A stretch of DNA of 64,000 nt. Origin: Octopus vulgaris. Lineage: Eukaryota. The notes under the pieces were generated by a model. It saw only the letters and a program-made list of their open reading frames with translations, made no database searches and had not been told where the DNA came from. Made by a program: the position numbers and the translations under genes. Of this stretch, positions 13,783 to 28,584 are shown piece by piece. Where the stretch lies: positions 19,964,001 to 20,028,000 of the forward strand of contig OX597823.1 in assembly GCA_951406725.2 (NCBI GenBank), written 5' to 3'. Within the stretch, counting starts at the first letter, position 1. Each line of letters starts with the position of its first letter.

Positions 13783-14559
13783 TATGTATCAAATGAAATC
13801 AAAAACAGAACACAAAGGATGTCGCGGTACACGTGTTTCAAGCTTTATAAACGACCTATTCTTACATCAGTGTATAATCGACATATGTGCATATATCGAT
13901 AGCTATGTGAAGGTATATACGCAAAATGTAAATGATTATACATTACGATGCAAGTAGTTAAAGTAATGGGGAGAAGTGCATAATAATGCCAAAGATGCCC
14001 TTCCTGGCGTATAAAGTTCTACAAACACAGAAAAAAATATATCTACAAATATAGTTAATAGAGTGAAGAACAAATAGTGAAGGTAATTATAAGTATAGAA
14101 GTTCCTGGAACACGAATCAAACTGGGAAACGCAAAACGAATAGGAAACACTCGGTCGTCTTCATCTGCGAAAGAGAGAATAAGCTATCTTTCTAGGTAGT
14201 GTTCTGTCTTTGCAGGATACTTGTGCGCACGCACAAATGTGGGAAAATGTGCGCGCGCACAAAGATGCGATGTGTGCGCACATATTGGTAATGTGCGCGC
14301 GCACACAAGAGAGCAAATTGTGCGCGTAGGACCAAAATGTATGCGCAAGTTTTCAAGAAGAAATTGAACTTTTTGAAAATTGAAAATGGTTACTCCTATA
14401 GATGCACATATACTTTGCCAAGAAAGATAAAATTGCGCACAAGCATATTTCTGTACACACCCACGGCAAAAACAATAAAAGGGATTGCCACATGTGGCCC
14501 TGCTGCGCTATTGATTTAAGTTGACAAACACGTGTGTTAATGGGTATACGAGTGAGTGT

Positions 14560-16359
<1,800 letters not shown>

Positions 16360-18231
16360 ATGAGAGCTATTCGGAAAAACAATTCTATCTTCTATTTTTT
16401 TCGACGTCATTTAATTTCAACGGCAGATGATAAAGCAAAATCTTCCAGAACGGCTCTGAAGTCCGAAGGAATGTTTGGGCTGCAGAATTTGAAGCTTGAT
16501 AAAGTGGATCATGTTAAGGGTCAATTTTGAACTCGTTTATTTCTTTTGTATCTTTTTTTTTTAGTCGGAAATTCGGGTGCCTGTTTAAGAGGCTTTTGAA
16601 ATTGCTTTCGCTATTTACCCCTCTTCCACGTTTTATGCAAGATAAGTTTAGCTACAGATTCGTTGGTATTCGGGTATTTCGTGTATGTCGAGTGGGTGGC
16701 TGAAAGAATATTTCGATGGCACACAGGCGATCATTGTTGGGAGCTATTTATATGCCTATCAGCCGATACAATTTAACAGCTACCAGTTCTTCTCTAAATG
16801 ACATTACAGCACATTACAGCTATTTCGGAAGAAATGTGGATGTGTTTTTGTGTGTGTGTGTATGTGTGTGTGTGTGTGCGTGTGTGTGTGTGTATGTGTG
16901 TGTATGTGTGTGTATGTGTGTGTGTGTATGCACACAAGAGATGCTGCTCCTTTATTCACTTATGATGTATTGATGTTAGCAAAGGATTCCAAATAAATTG
17001 TAATCTGATTGTTAGTTAGGGAAGAAAATTAATTTTTGTAGAAAAGGAGAAATAGTCTTAAGAGAATTAGAATTGCACAGAAATTCGGATTTGCAAGCTG
17101 AGGGGAAAATATTATGGTTGCTAGACGGATGTTTACGGCTTATGATCTCTTTTCACATTGCTTCAATTTCATTAATGGAGCATAAATATTCTGACGTCTA
17201 CTTTGCAGAGTGGCCAGAGATTTTTTTAGATGTAGAAAAAGAATCACGTGTAGGTTTAATTATAATTATGCAAATTAAAGTAAATTGACCGAACGTATTT
17301 GATATTGTTGTTTGAGACCGCAAAATATGAACACGTTTGAGTCGTTTTCTGTTGGTCATTTTCTTTAGGTTTGTTTTCTGATGTTTGCCATTAATTCCAT
17401 ATTGTTTTTGCAATTATGTTGTTCTAATGTTTGCAGTCATACACATTGCTTGTTCAACTGATTATTTCCGCCTCTACTTATATATTCCCTGTAACTTTCA
17501 ACTTGTTCTTTCAGTAAGTCTTTTATAAAGGTTGTGTTATTTACTTTGTAGCTACAATTGTCGGATTTGGAATCTCTAGTAAAAATGTTATTTAATATTT
17601 GGTGTTTATTATATTGCTACGAGTGCTATGGAATCCAGTTCTTATTACAGTGTGGTAATTTTGTGCCTCACTTATTCAGAGAGATTTGCCAACGAAGCAC
17701 ACATTCCTGGTAGGACCTCCCATGCTGGACAGGTCAAAGGTAAGAGATTAGACTAATGTGACTCCTAGATTTCGAGAGCTAAAAACAAGTTTGCGTAGGG
17801 TTAACATTTCTACATAGACAAAAAGCACAATTACAGAAGCATTCATGACTATTCAAACCAGCAAGACCTGAGGGAGGAAGGTCTTCCTTCAAGGAAAAAT
17901 ATAAGATAGTGCTACCAAATCCAATAGAGAGCTGCTTAGAAATGCAGGCATTAAACTGGAGAGAAGCAAAAGAGACGGCCTAGAGTCGAGAATATAGAGA
18001 GATAAGGGTTTAAGAAAATGAGTTTATTAAACGTAAATTTTATTCTTTAGCTTTTCAGTTGTGGCTGTAAAGTTTTGTTTCGGATGATGTACTTCAAACT
18101 TCAGAGTATCAAATTTTGTGTTCCTAATCTGCTTTTATAATTTCTGCTTCATATACTTCTGATATGTTATATTTCATAACTGTGAGAATGTACGAAATAT
18201 TTTTTTACAGAGAAATATATAGTATATAATA

Positions 18232-18556
18232 GGAGCACTCTGTCGGTTACAACGACGAGGGTCCCAGCTGATACGATCAACGGAACAGCTTGCTCGTGAA
18301 ATTAACGTGCAAGTGACTGAGCAATCCACAGACACGCGCACCCCTAACGTAGTTCTCAGGGAGATTCAGCGTGACACAGAGTGTGACAAGGCCGGCCCTT
18401 TGAAATACAGGTAAAACTCATTTTTGCCAGCTGAGTGGACTGGAGCAACGTGAAATAAAGTGTCTTGCTCAAGGATACAACGCATCGCCGGGAATCGAAC
18501 AAACGACCTTACAATCGTCAGTCGAATGCCCTAACCACTAAGCCACGCGCCTTCAC
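18232..18556 (-). mobile_element. SINE with family D head and family C tail
   Basis: Head gtggcttagtggttaggg..ttgagcaagacactt..ccactcagctggc, joined at cctgtatttcaaaggg to the family C tail. Confidence 0.88.
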
Positions 18557-18821
18557 ACAAAGAAATATAATTTCATTTTCCAAGTTATGAACTTGGCTTA
18601 AAATGTCTGCGTGTGTATTAATAAGCAATATCAGTTCCTTTGCGATGAGTTAGCAGTATGATTGCTGAAAATACATCAAGAGATTTAGTCTCGTTTGGCG
18701 TTTTTTTATATACTATCAGGTAATTTGTTTCATTTGCTATAACCATTTCTAACCGAGAAGGTTCCTTTATCATAACTGATTCGAGAGTTCAATGTTTGGT
18801 GACTATTGTTATATACGATGG

Positions 18822-19208
18822 GTGGAGGCGCAATGGCCCAGTGGTTAGGGCAGCGGACTCGCGGTCATAGGGTCGCGGTTTCGATTCCCAGACCGGGCGT
18901 TGTGAGTGTTTATTGAGCGAAAACACCTAAAAAAGTTCCACGAGCCTCCGGCAGGGGATGGTGGTGATCCCTGCTGTACTCTTTCACCACAACTTTCTCT
19001 CACTCTTACTTCCTGTTTCTGTTGTACCTGTATTTCAAAGGGCCGGCCTTGTCACTCTCTGTGTCACGCTGAATATCCCCGAGAACTACGTTAAGGGTAC
19101 ACGTGTCTGTGGAGTGCTCAGCCACTTGCACGTTAATTTCACGAGCAGGCTGTTCCGTTGATTCGGATCAACCGGAACCCTCGTCGTCGTAACCGACGGA
19201 GTGCTTCC
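18822..19208 (+). mobile_element. SINE family C (tRNA-derived), full length
   Basis: tggcccagtggttagg (A box) and ggtttcgattccc (B box); tail cgtcgtcgtaaccgacggag. Confidence 0.9.
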
Positions 19209-20194
19209 ATCCCATATATACGATGCCTGACAAGCCATTTGCAGGGTGTTTGAGAAACGTAATCATCTGTTCGCTCAACAAAGATCGAAATAAAATGAAC
19301 TGTCGTTGACCGTCTGAATGCTTTCATGGAAGTTTACTTCCGGTTTCAACTACTGCGCGGTTCTATGACTGTATTGGCATGAATCTGTAGCGCTATTTGA
19401 TGTTTTACTTGCGGTAAGATAGTCAATCTGCGTTGGTTTGCACACTTCACTTATATGAATCAATTTACGTTTGATAATCAGTTTAGTCTGTTCGTTAAGA
19501 TATTTAGAGGCTTAAAAACGTCACTTCCAAGCAAGAGATCGTCTTTAACAAGTGTAAAGCTGAACTTGAATATTCTGTGGTTTACAGTACCACCAATCAT
19601 AATGAAGAATAGTGTCAAACAACATTTGAATAGTTTCTATGATGCTGTCATTTAATATTTTCGACTAAAACTTAATGATCTTTTTGGGAAACTAAACAAA
19701 TAGTAAACTTATAAAAAAATTATGTTTTAAGAATGTGTTATAGACTCGTCTATTACACCTGCAAATGGCAACAGTGTAAACGTAGCTGACGTACATCAGT
19801 CGCCATTTGCAACAGTTGACAAACCGTAAACAATTAGAGTCTCATGGTACATTCTGTTTACACTGCTTCATCAAAATATTCTTTCACACCGCTTTGTCAG
19901 GGCGCTCAGCCTGTAGGGGTCTTTTAGGACAGCTGTAAATTAGCAGTATGTAATTAACAAACCGGCGGTATGCGTTCTGCTTACTTACAAAAATCCTTTG
20001 TGATTGGCCAGTTTATGTCAATCAGGACAACCGCTATAAACTTTGCAATCACCAGCACTTTTAAGTAATAATGGAGATGAATATTTGCAATGGCCCACTT
20101 TCTTAATTCTTCACAAGCAACATCATTGTAGAGGTGAAACAGTTCATTGTAACGGCTCCGACTGATAAATGAAGGAAATATAAAGTTGTATCAT

Positions 20195-20805
20195 ACCTAT
20201 TTCTTTACTACCCACAAGGGGCTAAACACAGGCGGGGGGGGGGGGCAAACAAGGACAGACAAACGGATTAAGTCGATTATATCGACCCCAGTGCGTAACT
20301 GGTAGTTAATTTATCGACCTCGAAAGGATGAAAGGCAAAGTCGACCTCGGCGGAATTTGAACTCAGAACGTAATTGCAGACGAAATACCTATTTCTTTAC
20401 TACCCACAAGGGGGTAAACACAGAGAGGACAAGCAAGGACAGACAAACGGATTAAGTCGATTATATCGACCCCAGTGAGTAACTGGTAGTTAATTCATTG
20501 ACCCCGAAAGGATGAAAGGCAAAGTCGACCTCGGCGGAATTTGAACTCAGAACGTAATGACAGACGAAATACCTATTTCTTTACTACCCACAAGGGCATA
20601 AACACAGAGAGGACAAGCAAGGACAGGCAAACGGATTAAGTCGATTATATCGACCCCAGTGAGTAACTGGTACTTAATTTATCGACCTCGAAAGGATGAA
20701 AGGCAAAGTCGACCTCGGCGGAATTTGAACTCAGAGCGTAGCGGCAGACGAAATACGGCTAGGCATTTCGCCCGGCGTGCTAACGGTTCTGCCAGCTCGC
20801 CACCT
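20195..20805 (-). mobile_element. SINE family A trimer
   Basis: Three bodies with the same junction as 13181; single head at ~20760-20805. Confidence 0.9.
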
Positions 20806-21472
20806 TTAAATGCGACAGTAAATTTTCTGCTGCAAAAGAATATTGTGTAACGATGATTTTAAGAATTTAAGCACGTAGTTTTGTGTACACTCCTAAGTAA
20901 GGCTTACTAAAAAGTATGCACTGAACAAAATTTGTAATGAGACGATTCACTGTATACTGGTCGAATTCAGAAGGGCATAGCTGTGTAGTTAGGGAGCTTG
21001 CTTCCTAGCTACATGGTTTCGGGTTCAGTTCCACTGCGTGGCACTTTGGGTAGGTGTCTTCCGCTATAGCCCCGAGCTGATCGAATTCAGAGAAGCCTGT
21101 AATTGACAGGCTGTGTCAAAATGAATACCCTTGCATCAAGGAATAAAATATGCATCTTGGGATAGAGCCAACCAAAAATCTACAAATACATCAAAACCAT
21201 TGCTTCATGTTATACTCTTTTTATGAAAAGAAATGATCTAGTTGTGAAGCAGGAAACTAAAATGGTACAGAAATTACCAGCAGACTTTGGCTTTAAAATT
21301 AATGATTATCATCGCGAAATAATATATAAAAGTAAGAAATTCTCTTAAACTATTCAACAACATCAGAAACATGGCTGAAAAAGCTATGTTCAACTGGTAT
21401 ACACACTGCAAAATTCAGCTAATATATATACATACATACATGCATACATACATACATACACACACACACACG

Positions 21473-21509
<37 letters not shown>

Positions 21510-21770
21510 TAACGAAGTCGCGTCTTGTCCCTACCTTCGAAACGCGGAGTAGATAAAACAGGGGACAACTAATGAAGGGATTGTTCTTTATGTTGCCTGT
21601 CTCGTTTCTCTATTTGTTTCTGTTGTTGTTCAAAAAATGTTCGTTTTCTGTGTTTTTCATTTTCTCGTTTCTCTTTGTTCACGTTTTTTTCATGTATATA
21701 TACATATATATGTAAGTGTGCACATATATGTATGTATCTATGTATATACATACATACATACATACATACA

Positions 21771-21804
<34 letters not shown>

Positions 21805-21813
21805 CATACATAC

Positions 21814-21862
<49 letters not shown>

Positions 21863-21884
21863 CGTGTGTGTGTATGTATGTATA

Positions 21885-21922
<38 letters not shown>

Positions 21923-22104
21923 AAGAAAGAAAGGAGTGGAGCATTTTTAAATTTTCAAATGAATTTAGATTAATTTTAAAATATTGAGTTATGTCGTACC
22001 GAAGAGACCAGTAAGAAGACGAAATAGTCCTATTCACGGCGATCGGGGACTTTAAGGACATTATCTCATGAAAAAATCAAAGAATTATATAGAAATATAT
22101 ATAT

Positions 22105-22340
22105 ATTTTCTTTAATTTGTTTCAGTCATTTGACTGCAGCCATGCTGGAGCACCGCCTTTAGTTGAGCAAATCGACCCCAGCACTTATTCTTTGTAAGCC
22201 TAGTACTTATTCTATCAGTCTCTTTTGCCGAACCGCTATGTGACGGGGATATAAACACACCAGCATCGGTTGTCAAGTGATGTTGTGGGTGTGTGTGACA
22301 AACACAGACACACAAACATATTCACACATACATAGATACA

Positions 22341-22376
<36 letters not shown>

Positions 22377-22528
22377 TATATACAACAGACTTTTTAAGTT
22401 TTCGTCTACCAAATCTACTCACAAGGCTTCGGTCGGCCCGAGGCTATAAAAGAAGACACTTGCCCAAAGTGCAACGCAGTGGGACTGAACCCAGAACCAT
22501 GTGGTTGGTAAGCAAGATACTTACCACA
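22105..22528 (-). mobile_element. SINE family B
   Basis: Nearly full-length match to 7172-7580. Confidence 0.88.
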
Positions 22529-23770
22529 CTTTCACTTTTTTAATAATGATTTCTCAACATAAGAAATGCCATCTTCGAAGCGATTCTCTTCTGTCAAGTA
22601 GCACACAGTTCACTCAAACATCAATTTCCAGTAATTCCGCCACGTACACTTTTATTAATTATTAGCGACGGAAGTCGTATTGACACCAAAATGTAATCTT
22701 CATATCTAACTTAACAAGGATGTCTTGTTAGAACACAGGATCCCCCACGACTAAAGCTTCAGTACATACATACATGGTGGCTGCCATTGCACGAAGCTTA
22801 ATCAATGTTGTTATCGTGCAATGCCTGTGCAAAAAGATGTTTTTTTAAAGTGAGAAAAGGCTGTGCACTGAGTCAATCCCACTCACTAAGCAACAGCAGC
22901 CATAATACGAAAAGAAGAACAACTCAACATCATCGGTAACCACTGAGCCGCAGGTTTTATGTCGGAGTTATCCCAGTTACCTGAGTTACCTTCTCCTAGA
23001 GGGATGCCCTAACAAAAGGCTAGGAGTCCTTCACTCCCAATGGTTTAACCGCGCGATCGGGTAATCAGTCCGATTATTTCTATGTCCCCGCGCATGATAC
23101 ATCCTTAAGACATTTATACATACATACATACATAGATACATGTGTGTGTGTGTGTGTGTGTGTGTATGCGAAGAGGCTAGTTGATTACATATGACAAGAG
23201 AGGACCCACATCGAAATGCAATCTAGATGAACGTAGAGGAGATTCGTACTTTATTGAGCGTATGGTGTAAAGGCACCACCAAATCTCACCTCCATGGAAC
23301 ATATTACCTGCATCTTGTCAGATTGGTGAAACAGAGAGCGGAAGGCGAAAGAGAAAAAGAGGAAAGAGTGGAGGAAGAAGAAAAAAAAATAAGAAGAAAT
23401 AGAAAAATAAATAATAATAATAAAAAGGACAAGATGAGGAAAAAGAAACAGTAAGGTAACTGAGATAAGAAAAGGGAAGAAAGACGATGAGGAGAAGAAA
23501 GGAGAGTAATTACGAAAAGAGGGAAGAAGCAGAAGCATGATGATGATGCGTAGGGGGCGAGGACATGTTAGAAAAACATGAAAATGAAAAAGGGGAAGAA
23601 GTTTATGAGGAGTAACAAAAAAAAAGGGGAAAAGAAAAAAATCAGGATGAGGAAAAATATGAAGAAAAGAGAAAGAAATCCTAAAATAGGGGTAAAAATC
23701 AGAACAAGAACCAACGCAAAAACAGGAAGTAGCAGTTCCCGATGCCTTAGTAGTAGTGGTAGGAGTATTA

Positions 23771-23816
<46 letters not shown>

Positions 23817-24145
23817 GTAGTAGTAGTAGTAGTAGTAGTAGTAGAAAAGATGATGAAGGAAAAAATAAAAAAAAAAGAATCAAAAGAAAGTCAGAATAAG
23901 TTGGGAAAATAGCTGGTATGTGTTTTAGTGTTTGAGACTGTTTTGGAGGAAGGAATTGGTGACTGAGTTTTGTCTAGTAATGTTGCAAAAAAAGTTTTCA
24001 TTTTACATTTTTTTGCCAGTTTTTTTCTTTGTCTCTGACGTGTTTCTTACATATGTTCATTCTTCTGTGACAGTCTTCCGTGGGTGTGGACTATATACAT
24101 ACATGCATACACATATATACATACATACATACATACATACATACA

Positions 24146-24179
<34 letters not shown>

Positions 24180-24216
24180 ACACACGCATATATATATATA
24201 TAGCTACACACATACA

Positions 24217-24282
<66 letters not shown>

Positions 24283-24360
24283 TACATACAGAAATATATG
24301 TATATACATACACACATATATATATAAATATATATATGTATAAATACATATATACATACA

Positions 24361-24498
<138 letters not shown>

Positions 24499-25034
24499 TA
24501 TCTATATACATGAATAACTATATACATACATATGTATATATAGCGAGAGAGAGGAGGGAAACTGTTTGCAGTTTAGATAAGAAATTTTGGAAGGGTGTGA
24601 GTGCGTTGGTTGATAACTTTCTTGGAAAATTAAGTGAAAGTTCTAGAAATTGTAACAGAAAGTTATTGTTACGGTCTGTGCAAGTATGAGTGAATTGTGG
24701 CAAACCCTAATTCTCTTTGAGTTTGCAACCAATAGATTTAATTGAAACCACCGGATGAGGGTAAAGTTTTAGGGAATGACCTTTGCACAGGTTCTAAATA
24801 CAGGTATTAATTATTATTATTAGAAAGAGGTTAAATTCTGCGGTTGGGGAATTACTGAAGCACAAATTTCTACAAAAACGTTAAGTTAATTAAAATTCTG
24901 AAGTGGCAAACGATTTGTGTAAACGGAATAGAGGCACAATGCACAATGCAGCTGTAATACACGTATTTGCCACACACACACACACACACATCGAGCACTC
25001 TCACTCACACACACACACACACATATATATAAAT

Positions 25035-25079
<45 letters not shown>

Positions 25080-25084
<5 letters not shown>

Positions 25085-25444
25085 GTGTGTATTTTTCTGT
25101 TGTTAACGATTAACATGGAAAAAAATCACAGAAGCAAAAAAGTCACACAAGTAAAAAGGTTGTAACTCCTTGTTTTTAAAGGTAGAAACTCAGAGATTTG
25201 GATGGTTTTATATTTAGAGATTTTTATTAATATGTCACATGTTTTTATAAATCATATATATAGCGCTTGCATCCACTCTAGTGGATTCTTCAGATTATAT
25301 ATATTCTTGTTTAAGATTATATAGAGACAGAGAGAAAGAAAGAAACTGAAGAATCCACTAGAGTGAGTGCAAGCGCTAATATATCATTTATAAAACATAT
25401 GACATATTAATAAAAATCTGTAAATATAAAACCATCCAGATTTC

Positions 25445-25445
<1 letters not shown>
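25080..25445. mobile_element. Penelope-like terminal repeat with ~100-bp inverted duplication and variant hammerhead
   Basis: Arms 25192-25293 and 25346-25445 are inverted. Minus strand reads CTGAAGA-atccac-taga-gtggat-GCAA-gcgc-TA. Confidence 0.6.
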
Positions 25446-25485
<40 letters not shown>

Positions 25486-25487
<2 letters not shown>

Positions 25488-25652
25488 CACGATTTATTCA
25501 TGATCAAATGCGTTTGTAGACCGAGGTACTACTGTATTAAATGAATTTGAGAAAGATAGGATTTATTCGTGATCAGAATTGTTCAAAAACCGACGTTCTA
25601 CTGTATATGCATATACAATGATACCTCGCAGTACGAGTTTAATTCGTTCCGT
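25486..25652. mobile_element. Cluster of pogo/Tigger-like terminal fragments
   Basis: ccgaggtactactgTA, ccgacgttctactgTA and TAcaatgatacctcg. Confidence 0.45.
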
Positions 25653-25989
25653 TCCATTGAAATAAATTTACATACTTACATACACTCACGCTTTTGTGAA
25701 AATTATTCGATACATTTGTAATATTTAAAGAAAGACATTTTTATAAAGTTATTAGCTATAAAATTTTCTATTTTTACACGCATCAGACCTGAAAACGTGT
25801 TTCAAAAGTTGAACAACGAGACACATGACGCACCAGACGCAAGATACATGACACACAAAAGACACACGACACACAAACTTCTCCCACAAACGTTGGTGAC
25901 ATTCTGTTATTTACACAAAATTTCAAAGTGTTTAATAACTTTTTAAAAATCTATCTATCCCCTCCTCTCTCTCTCTCTCCGTCTCACTC

Positions 25990-26040
<51 letters not shown>

Positions 26041-26069
26041 CTATGTCTCTATATATTCTTAAACAAGAA

Positions 26070-26156
<87 letters not shown>

Positions 26157-26198
26157 TATATATATATATATATATATACATATATATATACATAAATG

Positions 26199-26231
<33 letters not shown>

Positions 26232-26234
26232 ATG

Positions 26235-26278
<44 letters not shown>

Positions 26279-26324
26279 TAGATATAGATATATATATTCT
26301 TGTTTAAGAATATATAGAGACATA

Positions 26325-26383
<59 letters not shown>

Positions 26384-26480
26384 GTGCAGGCAAGGCTGTG
26401 TTGTAAGAAGCTTGCTTCTCAACCACATGGCTCCGGGTTCAGTCCCACTGCGTGGCACATTGGGCAAGTGTCTTCTATCT

Positions 26481-27968
26481 AACTGAGTAAAAAGTAAGCA
26501 ATGTTTTGAAACATGAAATTAATCACAACATATTTCAACAACGCGGAAATTTTATTCATCAGAGTAAGTACCATTACAGTCAACACATTTTTGCAAACGA
26601 GTTACAAGTTTGTTTATTCCGCTAACATAAAATTCCGGATTTCTGAAGCTGATGAACTCTTTGAACGTACTTTCAGCATCGGTTTAATTTTGGAACTCCT
26701 TCTCTCGCAGGAAACCGTCAGAGTGCTTGAAAAAGTGGCAGTCGGTAGGAGAAAGGCCTAGGGAATAAGCTAGGTAGGGAAGAACTTCATAGCCAAGTTC
26801 TTTCAACTTCTGGATTGTCATTAGTGAAATATGTGGTCGAGCATTGTCATGAAGACTGATTGACCCTCTTCTGTTGGCTATCAGTTTTTCGTTCATTTTA
26901 TCTATTTCATGGCATTATGTTTCTGCAGTAAGGTTTTTTCCCGGGTTTTAAGAAATTATAGTAGATGAGTCTAGCAGCACACCACCAAAAAGTCACCATA
27001 ACCTTCTTCTTGAAGAGCTCGGGTTTAGGGAAGGGTTTTTGGTGTCTCATTTTGGTCCAACCACTGCAAAGAAGGTTTTTTTAATTATTGTACAGAATCC
27101 ACTTTTCATCGCAAGTTACAATACGGTCAAGAAACGGCTCGATCTTGTTACGAAGAAGAAGCGACAAGCAAATTTCATATCTGCGCATTTTCTGATTTTC
27201 ATTCAAATCGTGTGGTACCTGTTTGTCGAGCCCTTTTTGACTTTTCGATCGTATGCAAATGGTTGCAGAGAGTTTTGTGGCTAACTTGAAGTTCTTCTGC
27301 CAGTTCTCGAGTGGTTTTACGTGGACCTTTCTCAATGACGGCCTTTAATTTACCTATTTCTTTATTACCCACAAGGGGCTAAATACAGAGGGGACAAACA
27401 AGGACAGACATAGGTATTAAGTCGATTACATCGACCCCAGTGCGTAACTGGTACTTAATTTATCGACTCCGAAAGGATGAAAGGCAAAGTCGACCTCGGC
27501 GGAATTTGAACTCAGAACGTAACGACAGACGAAATACGGCTACGCATTTCGCCCGGCGTGCTAACGTTTCTGCCAGCTCGCCGCCTTTAATTTACCGTCA
27601 TCTATGACAGATGGGCGTCCACTTCGCTCATGCTCTTCAAGGCCCAGATCTCCACTGCGAAATCGATTAAACCATTTTCGAGCTGACCACTCACTGGTCA
27701 TTTCCTTATCAAAAGTTTCGTTGATATATCGTGAGCAATTTCAGCTGCTTTGCGTCTTTTTTTGAAGTTGAATAGCAAAATCGCTCGAATATCGCGCTTT
27801 GACAGTTCCATTTCAAATGATTGCAATAACGGTGAAAAAACTATCCATGTTAATTTATTGAAGCATTTGGGCAAGTCTATATCTGTATTATCAGACAATT
27901 GACAAAAAAATGTTTAAAATATTCAAAACTCTGCAAAAATCCGGTACAAATTCTTCATGGTTCAAAAC
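26481..27968 (-). mobile_element. Decayed mariner transposon (Hsmar1/cecropia-like), interrupted by a SINE
   Basis: Frameshifted pieces: MELSKRDIRAILLFNFK (27810), VPHDL..FLDRIVTCDEKWILY, LHDNARPH, YS.GLSPTD.HFFK. Degenerate TIR gttttgaaacatgaa (~26503) versus ttcatggttcaaaac (~27954). About 1.25 kb without the SINE. Confidence 0.9.
27355..27585 (-). mobile_element. SINE family A monomer inserted in mariner
   Basis: TSD tttaatttacc (27344-27354 / 27586-27596). Confidence 0.92.
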
Positions 27969-28035
27969 GAACATTTGCTACTACCACCGAGATCTGCAAC
28001 TGCGGTCACCCGGGCTCGCGCCCGCGGCTTCCATG
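27969..28035 (-). rRNA. 28S rRNA fragment (non-functional)
   Basis: Reverse complement contains gggcgcgagcccgggtg..tgcagatctcggtggtagtagcaaatgttc, matching the conserved LSU segment GTGCAGATCTTGGTGGTAGTAGCAAATATTC. Confidence 0.85.
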
Positions 28036-28584
28036 CAAGAAGTTATAGCAAACTTCAGCTGACTCTTTTGCCGCAATATTCTCTCACTCTTTCCTCCTGC
28101 ATCTAGCAGCTCACCTGTGACGGACCAGCGTCCCGTCCAGGTGGGGAACATATACGTCAATGAAACAAGAAAACCGGCCCTTATGAGCCAGGTGTGGCTG
28201 GAGAAGGAACAAACAACAACACTACATTAAGTACATTACTCAATTTTCCAGCTTTTCGTCATTGGTGTTTTGAAGTTAATTCACTTAGATTTTTTTATCT
28301 TTTATTTAAAAAAAATATTTGTCACCAAAAGCATATGCAATATTTTTTTCTTTTTGTTCCCCCATGGAAAAAAATCTATCTACAGATTTGCGAAAAACCG
28401 TAAGGATTATCTTAAAATAATCGTCATCAAAGAATGTCCACCTTAAGCTAAGAATTGTTACGCACGTCATCTCCACATGAAGAAACTCCCCAGAAGTTCG
28501 CCATTACCTTCTGCTGGAGCACTTTGGTGTTTCGCTGATAAATACATACATCGTGCGGTCTGAGATTCGAACCTGCGACTCCTC

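Noticed and set aside
13821-13872. Minus-strand CTGATGT..GAAA-cacgtg-TA hammerhead-like motif
   Set aside because: Core mismatch and no stem I pairing; at best a decayed copy.
18822-18897. tRNA gene
   Set aside because: A and B boxes belong to SINE heads; no complete cloverleaf, and the sequence continues into the SINE body.
23251-23883. 210-aa F/L/I-rich ORF
   Set aside because: Low-complexity purine-rich tract and (ATT)n(AGT)n.
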